The position numbers and the translations under genes were made by a program. A DNA stretch of 64,000 nt, from positions 124,001-188,000 of the forward strand of contig JASANG010002574.1 of NCBI GenBank assembly GCA_030248215.1. The letters are read 5' to 3'. The notes under the pieces were generated by a model. That model made no database searches. It was given only the letters and a program-made list of their open reading frames with translations, and was not told the origin of the DNA. Shown piece by piece: positions 1 through 13,453 of the stretch. Numbering within the stretch: position 1 is the first letter of the stretch; the number at the start of each line of letters is the position of its first letter. The DNA is from Enoplolaimus lenunculus (lineage: Eukaryota).

Positions 1-55
1 ATTGCGAGTTTAAATTGACTTGCAATTTACAGTGAACTATCTTTCCTTACCTTTA

Positions 56-344
56 CACTGTATTAAATTCTAATGAGTTGATTTTAAATCAGAATGAGTT
101 GAATCCACTGAGAAGTCTGAGCCCTGAATTAGGTCCTTCACAACTCAGGATTGTGAATTGATTGAACTCATTCTGAGTTAATTAATCAATTCGTTAGGAC
201 TATCAGAACTCACAATTCTGAGTTGATTCAACTCATAAGCAACTCACCCGGAGTCAAATCAACTCAGTGTGAGTTAAAGTTTACTGTTATTTACTCAGAA
301 ATAACTAACTTTTCGTCTTAACTAACTCATTGCAAGTTACAGTG
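56..344. mobile_element. MITE family B (CACTGTAAATTTC termini, internal GAGTT/AACTC motifs)
   Basis: Related copies at about 711-902, 2566-2839, 4280-4541, 10222-10320 (partial) and 61473-61732, in both orientations. Confidence 0.8.
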
Positions 345-1491
345 AATAGATTTTTATAAATTTTGTATTCAACTTTTCATGAAGCAATCCCAATTCAACA
401 AAAAAATCGGCTCATAATCTGATTAGCCAATAGTGGATGATCACTCGTGGACAAGAGTGTGCAATTGTCGGATTTTTACATGGAACAAAATGTACTACCG
501 GGGTTGCGTTATTTGATGTCACCCTGATTTAGGATGGAGTTCGATGTTAAATGTTGTAATACGCCTATGGAATTTTAAGAATGTAAACGGAGTTGTTTTT
601 GGTGATTGGCTTGTTACGTATTTCCTTCATCTGCGCAAATTTCACCGCCCCCCCAAATAAGGGGGATTGGCCAAAAACACAACGTACGCTGGATGCATTG
701 TTTGTACTCACACTGTAAATTTCAATGAGTTGATTAATCAATTCAGCTAGCGAGTTGGTTATTTCTGAATTAATATCAGTAAACATTAATTCATTGTATA
801 ACCTGGAGTTGATTCTCACTTTGAGTTGAGTTGACTCTGGGTGAGTTGGTTATTTGATTCAACTCATTCTGAGTTAAAATTAACTCACTGAAATTTACGT
901 TGCAAAAGGTACCCAGTTGCACATTCTTGTGTAAATGATCATCCAGTCATGGTTTAACTTATCATGCGTATAGCTATTTCAGCCAAAAAGTTTTAAACTT
1001 TTCCGTTTTGCATATCTCCGTCGGCATAGCTTTGGCTCCGGCTTAAGGTTAGGCATTACGTTTCTGAAAAGACCTATCTAAAAGCCTATACCTAAGCCTA
1101 AACCATTACCTAATGTTTTATTTAAAAGCCTTAGCCTCAGTCTAACCATGAGCTTTATTCTCAAATGCGGGGGTCAGAGACTACAAGAACCAAACTTTTT
1201 GTTCAAGGCGAGTTGAAGCCCACTTGCACTTTCCATTAAGGCTTGTTTCTATAGGCACTGACGTGCCACTATGACACTTGAAACTTTATGGTTCAACGCT
1301 GGCTTTCAGAATTTTTTACATTTTTAAATGTGATGCAACTTGCTTAAGTAGAAATTAAGAAATATTAACTTTGTTGAATAAGTTTTTCTTGGCTTGAGCC
1401 GCCTTAAATTTTGAGCAAAGCAAAGATGCATAACAATATATAACAGCGTCCGAATTTCTAGCGATTTACAGGATAAATATTTGAGCTTCTA

Positions 1492-1689
1492 CACTGCAAA
1501 AAATGGTGAGTCAAATTGACTCTCTCCGAAATACGCTTTTCCGGATTACACAAGCTGAGTCAAAATTCGACTCCGCCAGAGTCAAATTCGACTCAATGAA
1601 CTGGCAGAGGCGAATTTTGACTCAGATTGTGTAGTCCGGAAGAGCCTATTTCGGAAAGAGTACAATTTGACTCACCATTTTTTGTAGTG
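1492..1689. mobile_element. Palindromic MITE family A (TA TSD)
   Basis: TA-CACTGCAAAAAATGGTGAGTCAAATTG...CAATTTGACTCACCATTTTTTGTAGTG-TA; partial or degenerate copies near 4812-4915 and 8971-9165. Confidence 0.9.
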
Positions 1690-4600
1690 TAACCAACAAT
1701 TACAATTTGACATTGTAGTACAATTTTAAGCACAGGGCCATTGAAGATAGGATTATATCACTTCACTCCTCCGGAAAAAATTAAAATTTGTAAATGTAAT
1801 ATTTTTGCTAAATTTTTTGCTTGTTTATGTCGCATTAAAACGTTAGTTAATGTACTGGCAAAATACAAAGATGGTTTATAATATTCAGAGCAAATAAAGC
1901 TTTAAAAAACTATTCGTTAGTATTTTTAAAGTGTGACAGCATACAGCGTAAATTTGGGTTCATTTGTTTTAAATTTTGTTTGACATTTTTGAAATTTAAA
2001 CGACAAAATTACCGCAGTTTCAGGTAAACCTAAGAAATGTTTTGATTAACTATTAGCTGGGTACAACCAGGCGTCTGCCTCCGGCTCCGGCTCCGTTAGT
2101 ATATTTGCCGGAAGTTCCAGGTAGTAATTTTATAGTGGGCAAAATTTCTCTGTTTAGCGCGTTTCGTTTTACTTATGTCACCATTTTCAGAAAAGAATTT
2201 CCGAAATTTGGCAGAAAAATTAGCGTAAAATCAAACAGCTTAACAACATATTGCAGATATTTGCTAAAATTAACTAATTGACCATCATTTTTACTACGCA
2301 ATTTCGCCTCACCTCCTGCTCCGGCTCCGGCAAGTTTCGTTGATTTCCGGCTCCGGCTCCGGTATTTTTCCTCTCCGATGCCACCCCGCTGATTAGGAAC
2401 CGTGTCAAAAACATACAACTATTTTTACATTTTTTCACGTTTCAAAGGGCATCTTTCAAAACGTGTTTTGACAAAGTATAGAGAAACTCTAAAATTAATG
2501 GTAAGTTCCAGCTGAACTGACAATAAGTAAATGCTGTTACTTTAACGTTTTTCAAACCACGAAAACAATGTAAATTTCAGTGAGTTAATTTTAACTCAGA
2601 ATGAGTTGAATCACGCAGTCTGAGTTTGGACTATAAGAACTCAAAATTTTGAGTTAATTCAACTTACTCTGAGTTAATTAATCAACTCACCTAGAGTCAA
2701 CTCAACTCAGAGTGATAACCAACTCAACTCAGAGTGATAATCAACTCAACTCAGAGTGAGTTAAAGTTTACGCTTATTAACTCAAAAACAACCAACTCGC
2801 TAGTTGAATTGATTAATCAACTCATTGGAATTAACAATGAATCGTTTTGTATTTATTGACACGATTCGTTATTGACTTTGTCCAAATGTTCAATTTGTGC
2901 TGTCTCACGATCCATTTTAGTTTAAACGCCTAAGTCTAAGCCTAAGCCTAGACGCCTAAGCAAAAAATGTATAGCATAAAAGCTTACTTAAGTTTACTCT
3001 AATGCAGTCCCGCAGTAAAACGTACGGTCCATGATCCTTCAGTGGCGCCACCTGGGGCTTTAAAATTAGGGAGCGGATATTTGAACTTGTATCCTCTGGA
3101 GTATACACATATAACCACAGCCCTTACACATGAGCCGTTTTTGCGTCATCCAATCATACGATAGACCACGTTGTATATAACAGTGAAAAACGTTCGCTAG
3201 CATAGCAAGCGAGAAGACAAACGTAATTTCACAACTAAATATTAACGCAAAATTTTGGTTTGGTTCCACGTGGACCATGGCCTGTGGGAGCCCTATATTT
3301 AATTTGACTCACGTTAACGGGCGTCTAGGTTTCTGGCGGTTCTATAAAAGAGTAGGCTTACATTCGAGATTACATTTTTTGCTTAGGCTTAGGCTTAGTC
3401 TTAAGAACCCATTTTTGCAACGCTTAGGCTTAGGCTTAGGAATACGGTTAATCTACTGTTGCGCCCGTCAAAGTAACATTGGCCGATGCTTCCACCTGCG
3501 AAATTTATCGTGCAAAATTATCTTACAATTAACCAATGTTTAAATGACTTTTTTCTGCTGGAGGCGCAACCAACTTTCGTATTTCGGTAAATACTACGAG
3601 ATGACAAATTGATCACTATTATACACAACTCAGCAGGTGAAAAATTACAAACAAATGATGATATTTGAAAACATAACAGTTAAAAATTCAAAATTTAATT
3701 TAACAACAAAGTATATTCAGCGTTGTGCTGAAATTTTTCAAATTTATTAACCAATGCCATAAAGTTGTCGAAATTTGAACGCTAAGCTGCGCAACTTTTG
3801 TTTAAAAATTATACACCAATGATTTGTTTGACTTCGGCCAACGATTGTAGTTATAGTAAACTTGAAAAAGATTTCGTTAACAGCAAACACAGAGGCGTAA
3901 AAACGCAAATATGTCCCACTGAAATTTTTGACTCGAAAAATCATTTTTTCTCTCGGTCGATTTGAACCAAAGTTTCACACACCAGCTATGATCCCGTGAG
4001 CAAATGTTGTTTAAATTGATATTCCCTGTGCTGGATATTTGCGTGTCATCACGCACGTAAATCCCTTAATAATGCTTATTTAAGACAAATTTGTATTATT
4101 ATTATTATTTTTTTCGAAAATATATCATTGACCTTTCCACTATAAAATATCAATGAGCATATTGTTACACAAAATGCAAAAATTATGGCTAATAATTGCG
4201 TATATATTGGTTCGGGCACATAGCCAAGGGAGGGCCAGGGGGTCTAAGCCCCCTGGAAAAAATTGTGCCCCCCGCCCTACACTGTATATTCCAATGAGTG
4301 GAGTAATAAATTCAGCTATCGTGTTGGATATTTTCGAATTAATATCAGTAAACAATAAACATTAACTCACTCTGAGTTGAGTTGATTCTCAATCTGAGTT
4401 GAGTTGACTCTGGATGGGTTGGTTAATTAACTGAGAATGAATTGAATCACCTCAAAATTCTGAGTTCTGATAGTCGTCGTAACCCAGACTGAGTGATTCA
4501 AATCATTGTGAGTTAAAATCAATTCACTGAAATTTAGAGTGTAGAAAGTTTTCAACATTGCTTGTAACTGATTGAAAACCCTTGAATGCCCCTCCTGAAA

Positions 4601-5162
4601 AAAATTTAGCCTCCCCCCAGGAAGGTGAGTTGGCTACGGGCCTGTATCAGTCTCTAAAGCATGTTAACTTCTAAAACGCAACATCTCACCAACCAATCAG
4701 TTTGCTACAAAAATGCGTGGTGAGATACAGGTGTTTTCAATAAATTTCAACTGCTATTTTTGGACAATCCTGGCTGTGAATTAATATATACAATAAATTT
4801 TAATATATATCAGTGTGTCGAATTTGACTCTGATGGAGTCAAATTTTGACACAGTTTGGTAGTCCGGAAAACCTTATTTCGGAGACAGTCAATTTGACTC
4901 GCCATTTTTTGCAGTATATAAGAAAATATAATTAGCATTTTCCACCTCCAGGCTGCATTGTGACAATTAACTGTAATCACTGAAAAATAGTAAGTATATG
5001 CTAAAAATGTACTTAACCGTAGCAAAGTTTATAGAAACATTAACAAACAATCATTAACAATAAACAATTAATATGGATATGTTAACAATAAACGAAATTC
5101 GAACAGTTAGCAAAAGTTTCAATCTAACAACATTAATATTGTCAAAATTAGTCAAAGGTGCA

Positions 5163-5587
5163 ATGACCCTGGCAGGATCTCGAAATTTGCCAGCGAATCG
5201 ACAAATATTACAATCTGTCGATGGCCCAAGCTTAAATTTAACCTCTTCAAACAGTCCTGACTCTCCTACAATTGACGGCCGAGAAGAATTGCTAAACGTT
5301 GCCTACTTTACTCACGTACTGCTCATTCCTACAGTGTGTGCAGTCGGTGTTGCGTGCAATTTGTCCAACATAATTGTACTATTTTCACGTTACGCACAAA
5401 ATCGACTTGCAGCTTGCAATTATTTGCGTGCAATTACGCTTGCCGATACGGCATGGCTGTGTACAGGATTTTATATGGCAATATTTTGGACTGATCTACT
5501 CAAACGGCCAAAATTCGCTCAAATTTATCTGTCGTTGTTTGGCTTTGTGGCCAGTTTTGGCGAAATTGCGTTCAAGAGTTCTGTTTG
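5163..5587 (+). CDS. Class A peptide-receptor-like GPCR (FMRFamide/sex-peptide receptor/Srw-like), exon 1 (N-terminus, TM1-TM3)
   Basis: TM1 'VLLIPTVCAVGVACNLSNIIVL' and TM2 'YLRAITLADTAWL'. Ends SSV-TG|gtaggc (phase 2). The start is either ATG 5163 or the in-frame ATG at 5073. Confidence 0.85.
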
Positions 5588-5839
5588 GTAGGCAAAATGT
5601 TTGACCAGATGATAGTCAAATGCGTATAGCACCGATCATCAGTTAAGAGTGATAAGTTTTCAAACTAACGAACCTCTACAATTGCAGATCTCAAAATTGG
5701 TACTAAAGTAAGGCAAATCAAACGCGAGCAATGTGCTCAATTTCCAATCTCACATTGCGCATGTTCCACAGGTTACAGGATCTATCACCAACTGGTGACA
5801 GGTGGTTGGTGATAGGTGCTACACACATTTGATAAAACT

Positions 5840-6127
5840 GGCTAAGTTTGTAGGCTAAGTTTTTAGGCTAAGTTTTTAGGCTAAGTTTGTAGGCTAAGTT
5901 TTTAGGCTAAGTTTTTAGGCTAAGTTTTTAGGCTAAGTTTTTAGGCTAAGTTTTTAGGCTAAGTTTTTAGGCTAAGTTTTTAGGCTACGTTTTTAGGCTA
6001 AGTTTTTAGGCTAAGTTTTTAGGCTACGTTTTTAGGCTAAGTTTTTAGGTTAAGTGTGTAGACTAAGTTTTTAGGCTACGTTTTTAGGCTAAGTTTTTAG
6101 GCTAAGTTTTTAGGCTAAGTTTTTAGG
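5840..6127. repeat. Tandem 13-mer (TTTTTAGGCTAAG) x ~22 containing the TTAGGC telomeric hexamer
   Basis: Highly homogeneous array inside the GPCR intron. Confidence 0.95.
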
Positions 6128-6799
6128 AGACTTAAATTTTTTCATATTCCACTAAACGCTAGCCATGGTTGCAATCCAAGATCTTTTAGTTCGCTCGGAT
6201 TGAAATTGCACACTTGAAGCATCGTTACAGCGTGAACGTAAATCTCTAAGTCCTCGCTGACCTTGCTGTAATTATTACATAATAGTTGTAGCACGGGTTT
6301 GCGTTTTTCCGAGATATGAACGCACGCTATTGCGATGTGTCAAGTTGGCGGCACGAACCGAGCAAAGAGAAGTGAGTGCGTGCGACACAAGCGCAACGCT
6401 GTCGTGCTGTACACGCGACTCAACAACTCGCGCAGCGCACTCGTGGAGAACTCGTGCTCAATTGATGCGAGAAATGGTTTAAGCTCAAAAGTTCGCATAG
6501 TTAATGATTGAATTAAAATTAGCTTTTCAATTTTAGTCCTTATAATCGGTCGAGATTAAATGCCGAAATAAAATACTGTAACCATGGCCATGAATAAACA
6601 ACTAAGTCAATAATTAGGCTTGAGTAAATGCTTTTTATTTATTTTAATGCCCTCCGGCGCCGTCCGTCACCGGTCCGTCACCTGTCCAAGTCCGACGCCG
6701 TCCGTCACCGTGTGTCCCGGTGCGGTATCGTATGCCATAGTTAGGTACGATACCGCATGGTGACAGATGGTAACGAACGGTGACGAACCGCACCGTACA

Positions 6800-6954
6800 C
6801 GGGCCCGTAGCCAAGGGGGCCCGTAGGGCTAAAGTCCCCCTGGAAAAGTTTTGCACCCCCCCGTAGAAAATTTTCAACTTTGCTTGTATGTCATTCCTTG
6901 AATGTCCCTCGTGAAAAATATTTAGCTCCACAAGGTGAGCTGGCTACAGGCCTC
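6800..6954. mobile_element. Small hAT-type MITE in the GPCR intron
   Basis: GGCCCGTAGCC...GGCTACAGGCC with TSD accgtaca/atcgtaca; a relative at about 4215-4645 is interrupted by a family B copy. Confidence 0.7.
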
Positions 6955-7016
6955 ATCGTACAATCTATAACCGCACGTTTGGCTTTAAAGTTTGAACCTT
7001 TACTCACCTTTTATAG

Positions 7017-7897
7017 GTTTCTTGTAATGTTCAACTTGGAGCGTTTCTTTAGCATTTGTCTCCCGATGCGTTCATACAAACATTGGTTCGAGTTTTACTG
7101 GGGTCGCATTATCGCAACAATACTTGTCAGTTGTTCGCTGTTAAGCTGTGAGCAACAAATCATACATCGAACATATTTCGAAGATCCGTTCAAACCGTAC
7201 CGTACACCGTTCAACGGAACGACAGGACGTCGGATAGAATTTGCAATTTTCTACATCGATTTGCTGCTATTTTACATCATTCCGCTCGCGCTTCTGCCGC
7301 TATTAAACGTTAAATTGTTTCTCACACTGCGACAATTGCTACAATTTGACGCGTGTATGTCAGAAGAATACAAACAACACACAAAATCAACTGCAAATCG
7401 GTTGTTATTCGCTGCGCTGATACCGTTCACTGCATGCATGATTACGCAAACGTCACAACGGCTGATTTCAATATTTGTCCCAATTGGCAACGAATCGAAA
7501 GCGTTAATTAATTATTTACTCGTTTGTGCAGTGGTTTTATACTTGCAAGCTGCGAGCAATTTTCCGCTATTTTGTTTGCTAAGCAAAAATTATCGTAATC
7601 TTTTCGGCGCAAGACTGAGCGAATTAGCGCAAGCGTGCTGTTCGGTACGTGCCGGTGACAAACACGACGGTGCTGCTCAAGAAAAACAGCGATTGACAAC
7701 TTGGAGTCATAGCTATCGAGTTGTAAAGTTTCTGAACACAAATGAATCTGACAATGATACAAATCGTGTTGGAGTTAGAACGTATCGGACTATTTCAAAC
7801 AGGCACAACGCGGCATCTGAACAACATCAGTCGCGTCTTTTGCACGAATTGGTTGAAGATGTTAGCGATGATAGTTTAACGAATAATAATAATAATA

Positions 7898-7939
<42 letters not shown>

Positions 7940-7948
7940 GTAATAATA

Positions 7949-8028
<80 letters not shown>

Positions 8029-8031
8029 TAA
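7017..8031 (+). CDS. Same GPCR, exon 2 (end of TM3 to C-terminal poly-Asn tail)
   Basis: Acceptor ttttatag|G completes W, giving 'SSVWFLVMFNLERFFSICLPM' (ERF motif). TM5 'YIIPLALLPLLN' and TM7 'ASNFPLFCLLSKNYR' follow; stop TAA ends at 8031. Confidence 0.88.
7882..8028 (+). repeat. Coding (AAT)n microsatellite with GGT interruptions
   Basis: In frame with the GPCR and runs directly into TAA. Confidence 0.95.
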
Positions 8032-8466
8032 AATTCTGAAGAGTGCGATCAATAGCTTCGAAAAATGAAGCAACGAATATAGGAATTGTGTCAAAACCAA
8101 ATGCTATTTTAAAACAATTTTAGCGGTTGAAACATAGTCTTCAAAAAGGCATGTTTGATAGTTAAAAAAAGTCTAAAAATGTATAGCCTCTCCGGAAAAC
8201 GATCTGGCCCTGTTCCATACACGGGCCAAAACCTCAGAAGACGAGTGGTTTGTAAGTAACTTGAAATGTGATGTCGAAATGATTGTGAGATGAAAGCGAT
8301 TAATTTTAAAGATTTTTTGACGTTGGATTAACGTTATTCATATGCTGGGAGATGACAAAGTTTAAATAAAACAGTTATTTTTGCCCTTTTGGTTCAAGAA
8401 TCGGTCGATGCAGGTTTGATTTGTGAAAATAGGTTTATTTTGATATTAAACAAAAGTAAATATTAA

Positions 8467-8728
8467 CCGTTTCTCACATGAATACTTTCTATTTCCCTTG
8501 AGACCTACTTTTATGCTAGGATTCGAACTCCAGTGACTGGAGTGGGAGGCGTATACCATCACCACTCAGCTATAGGAGCTTGACGCTTGAGTCGAGGGGG
8601 CTCTCACGTCTTGTGGTGATTTAGTACTATCTATACGTGTTGCAGTTGTTAAACACGGTGCGATATATATTATTTAACGTATATACACTGCGCTGAGTTG
8701 CCTATGGGCAACTCAATGTGAGAAGGGG
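8467..8728 (-). mobile_element. piggyBac-like MITE (TTAA TSD) containing a tRNA-derived segment
   Basis: TTAA-CCGTTTCTCACAT...ATGTGAGAAGGGG-TTAA; 262 bp. Confidence 0.88.
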
Positions 8729-11002
8729 TTAATATTAATTCGATGTTAATAAAAAAGGCTCAAACCGCAATGGCGCGAAATGCCTCGTAGCGTAAATCTT
8801 GTCGGATTTTCTGAAATTTCATTTCGCCTTCTCGCAATTTTTCGTAATTTTTATAGAAATTTCTAAATTAAAAAAAAATAAATATTATTTTTCTTCTATA
8901 AAAGTTAAAAATTTTGTTTTAAGTTTTATTTTCGTATGTCCAATACTGTTGAAGCATACAAATTTCTCTACACACAGCAAAAAATAGTGAGTCAAATTGA
9001 CTCTCAATAAAAAGGGCGCAACGGGACAACTCAAATAAAACCAAAACTCCCCGGCAGAGTCAACTCCCGATTCACTGAGTCGCATGTTTGACTCTGGGGG
9101 AGTCGAATTTACCCATTTTGGTGAGCCCGGGAGGGCCTATTCCGGAGAAAAACAATTTGACCCACCTTTCTTCTACCGTCCCCTCCTGCTCAAACGTCTT
9201 TCCCACATACCATCGGCATACCAGGCGAAAAGGTTGCGAGGTGCGACCCCCCAAATCTGAATTCGTTACTGCGTTAAAATTTTAATTTGAATATTAAATT
9301 TACTATCCGGTTTCAACTCGAAGTCTTTTCATTCGTTCGTTCAAGTTTCAAAAGTTTTGCCTACTTTACGGCGCAGTTCAAATGAAAACTCCAGTGTAAG
9401 GGTGGTGCTATACTTTTGATGACGTCCGACTGTATCCGTTACCGTGCGGTTTTACATGAATTACTCACGTACGATACGATATTGTGACGTAAGATGACGG
9501 ATGGCGACGGACGGCGTTACACGAAAACTATAGCGACACCGTTAGATTTCACAATGGAACTAGCGCAGAACCAATTTTTGTAAGTATTGGCATATTGCAG
9601 ATAATTAGCTTAGACAGCTGTTGCCTACTTGCAAAATATTTCATACAACTAAGACAGTTTACAGTGCCGTACGGTGACGCACGCCGCCGGACGTCATCAA
9701 AAGTATATTGCCATCTTTAACCATAGCTGTGGTTTATCCCGAAATCAAAAACGCAAGCATACGAACACTAAATTTACTTTTCATACGCATATTCCACCTC
9801 CGTACCGAGTATATGGCAGTATCCGTCCAGCCAGACGTAAAGAAGTAAAATGTTTTCAATATACACCCTACAGATGGGCACCGGATATCCGAATATGAAA
9901 AATATCCAGATATGTATGCGAAATGAAATATGTAACCGGATATCCGGATATGCGCCGGATATGCGAAATGTTATTGTGTAATTTTTTTGGAATAATTTGC
10001 ATTGTATCACCACCACTAAAGTTGCTGATGCTGACGAAAAAATTCTGTATTCAAACCTCAGTCATATTAATATTGAACTAAATTTTTGATACTCTTTGTG
10101 AGTATATGGTTTTTTCAGTATATTGGTCGTAAAATTTAGAGTTGTTCGACTTTGGCCTTAAATTTATATAATTCAGTATGATATTAAAAACATTTCTTCT
10201 CTTGCATCTTGTTGGATACTGCACTATAAAATTTCCGGTGAGTTGATTTTAACTCAGAATGAGTTAAATCACTCAGTCTGAGTTAGGACTATCAAAACTC
10301 ACAATTTTGAGTTGATTCAATACTTAAAGATGGAGCAAAACGTTTGATGCCGTACGGCGCCGTCCGACACCGTACGGCACTGTACCGTAAAGCACAGGAA
10401 TTTCTACATGCCACCACATAAACAATTAAAGAATTACGAAATTCATCCAAAATCTTAAAAATTTCGATGCATCCGGCATTTTTTTTAAATCTTTGAAAGA
10501 ACGGTGAATTTATACACGTCTCAAGTGCATTGGCAGAAAATTAAAACATTTTTGAAACTTCTATACTACAACTTCCGTTATCCGTTTTCGTTTCCGTTAT
10601 TTTTACTATCCATATTGCACGGGTGTAGATTCAAGAGCAACAGCGGGTCTCAGTCCGGCTTCGCCAGAAAATAGACTTCTGGTTCCCAAAGTAGTTTCGC
10701 CTGTACGAATTGACTATTTGGGTGATAAAATTTTGGTATTTAGTTAGCGATGTACTCTTCAGCAAGCTTTTCGTATTAGAAGAGTTTCGGTTGTTTGATA
10801 TCCGAGCTTCCTCGGAAGAGGTTGAAAAAGACAGTTCGGACAAAGGGACAGTTGGGACATTTGGAACAGTGGGACAGTTAGAACAGCGAGACAGTTAGGA
10901 CAGCAGGATAGTTGAGTCAGCGGGACAGTTGGGATAGCGCACAGTTGAGACAGAGGGTCAGTTGGGGGACAGTTGGGGCAGCTGGGACATCTGGACAGCG
11001 AG

Positions 11003-12320
11003 CAGGGTGCGACCGGATACCAAAAACTGACGGAGCCGGAGCAGGAGCCGGATAATCTAATATCCGGCCGGAGCCGGATAATCTAATATCCGGCCGGAGC
11101 CGGATAGTTAATTCGATTGTTTATTTTCTCATATTCCTTTATTAGATTATAGTTTGTATTCTGGTTTATTAAATCATATTACTGTTTGAATTACTGGTTG
11201 AGCGTACTAATATTGGTTTTTTCGTAAATTAACCTCTTCTCACATTGAGTTGCGTATAGGCAACTGAGCGCAGTGTATAAACGTTAAATAATATATATCG
11301 GACCGTGTTTAACAATTGCAACACGTATACATGTACTAAATCACCACAAGACGTGATAGCCCCCTCGGGCTCGAGCGTCAAGTTCCTATAGCTGAGTGGT
11401 GATGGTATACGCCTCCCACTCCAGTCACTGAAGTTCGAATCCTAGGATAGAAGTATGTCTCAGGGGAATTAGAAAAAATTCATGTGAGAAAGGGTTAATA
11501 GCGTATAACTCAAGAATTACCACAAACACATACATTTTTTAATTATATATTTCCATAAATAACTGAAATTCAAGCAAAAAACTAAAATAAAGTATCTAAG
11601 TAGTATTCAGATATCAGAACGTAAACTCACAATTCTTCCTTCCATGGCCTATATTAAAAGTGTTTTGAGACAAAGCTTAACACTTTAAACAATGTAAATA
11701 TTCTATTATTCTGTTTATGTAACGTTTGGCCCGTCTTACTTTTACGGTCGCGCATCCAGTTTTTGTATAAGACACTGCAAAATAGAGGTGTATGTAGCTT
11801 AAGATTTAAGGCTATTGTTTCGCTTAAGCTTAGCTTTGACTTATCTTCACGTTAACTGCAACAAAAAGTACAAAGTGGCCGGCATGCAACCAGTGGCCTA
11901 ACCAGAATTTTGGAATGGGAGCTACGTTCTGAGCAAAAATTTCGAACGTGAAGTTACACTTGTTTTAAACTGAATTAATCGCCTTAAGATTGAAGCAAAT
12001 ATAAAACTGGATTCCACAGTGAATGTAGTTTCAGTAACTTGAGTTCTAACTAAGAGATATGCATGCAGATAATCAATAAAATTGATAAGGCAGCTCACTT
12101 ATTACGGCATATACCTTTTTAGACCTCATATTCTTGTCGTTTACCGCCCTGCTATCCAATATACGTACCTTATTCAAAACTTTAAAATGGTTTACATAAC
12201 ACAATTATGACACAATAAAGATTTTTTCAAATTTTTAAACAAATATCCGGCAAGAAAAAATACCGGAGCCGGATGCCGATTTTTTGCCGGAGCCAGAGCC
12301 GGATATCCGGTGGCACCCTG
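11003..12320. mobile_element. Non-autonomous hAT-type element (CAGGGTGC TIR)
   Basis: CAGGGTGCGACCGGATA...TATCCGGTGGCACCCTG, with an 8-bp TSD acagcgag/tcagcgag (7/8) and subterminal GCCGGA repeats. Confidence 0.85.
11233..11494 (+). mobile_element. piggyBac-like MITE, second copy in the opposite orientation
   Basis: TTAA flanks; aligns over its full 262 bp to the reverse complement of 8467-8728. Confidence 0.88.
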
Positions 12321-12863
12321 TCAGCGAGAGACTTGGAACAGTTGGTACAGTCGAGACAGATGGACAGTTGCGATATTTGGCACAGCTGAAACAGCTGGGA
12401 CAGTTGCGACAGCAGGACAGTTGGGACAGAAGGACAACTGGGCCCATAACACGGAAAAGCTCCTCCACAAATTGGATTCTCAGGGGGACAGAAGTACAAT
12501 TGTAATTTTTGCTTCATTTCAAACAACTGCAGCATATCTGATCTGTTATGAAAAAATGTAAGATATATACACATACGTCTCATTTTAGTAATTTTGACGT
12601 AATAGGGGATTTTCTGGTATTTCAACAGCGGAAGCACATACCGAATTTTAGCGCTTAAAGTACTTCCGTTCAAAACCTTTTTAAAATAGAAATTTTGGTC
12701 CATTCAAGGTTCCAGCAATTTCGTTACTCAATAAGTACTTTGTGTTTTTAATACTATGCTATTCAGCAGTGTGCAACTAGAGGTGATAAATACCGAACGC
12801 GGAGGTCAATTATTTTTGCCGGAGGTGCGGCGAAACTAGGTAGCTATTGTACTCATCTACTTA

Positions 12864-13453
12864 TGCGGAATTCACGTTGAGCAGGCGGGACACGGTTTGT
12901 CCCATGTTGATTCGACGTCAGCGTTAAAATTTGGGCTCTTATATCGGGTAAACAGACAAAACTCGAATGTCATATGACATTTACTTACAAACCACCGCTC
13001 TCAGAAGATCGATTTGTACACGAGTCGGTGTCACGTGATACTGAGGGACATTTATGCGAATATATGATATTCCAAAATTACAACGAATATCTCGGGTGCT
13101 AATAAATTAATGGAGTCGGACGGCAGAGGCACAGCTGTGCTTAAAATGCGATATACATTTCGCGGTACAGAACCTCTTAGAAAAACAGTGTCATAGTTCA
13201 TAAAGTCAAATTAAAAATTCTAGTATCATATGATATTCAACATGACAATTTGTGTATGTCAAGTATTCAGACATTTGAAAATACATCATATATTCGCTGA
13301 CAATACGTCGAATATTGGTCTACACAGGAGGATAGCAGACAAATACGACTTTTAGAATATGATATTGAGTCTATTAGCAGACGAAATGTTACCCAATAGG
13401 CTAATATGGACAAAACGTGTCCCAAGCAGCCCCGGTTATAGCGTGAATCCGCA
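12864..13453. mobile_element. PIF/Harbinger-like MITE (TTA TSD)
   Basis: TTA-TGCGGAATTCACG...CGTGAATCCGCA-TTA; internal ATATCATATGATAT-type palindromes; truncated relative at 62070-62385. Confidence 0.8.

Noticed and set aside
11382..11452. Possible tRNA gene
   Set aside because: A and B boxes are present, but there is no clear anticodon or acceptor stem and it sits inside a multi-copy MITE; treated as tRNA-derived.
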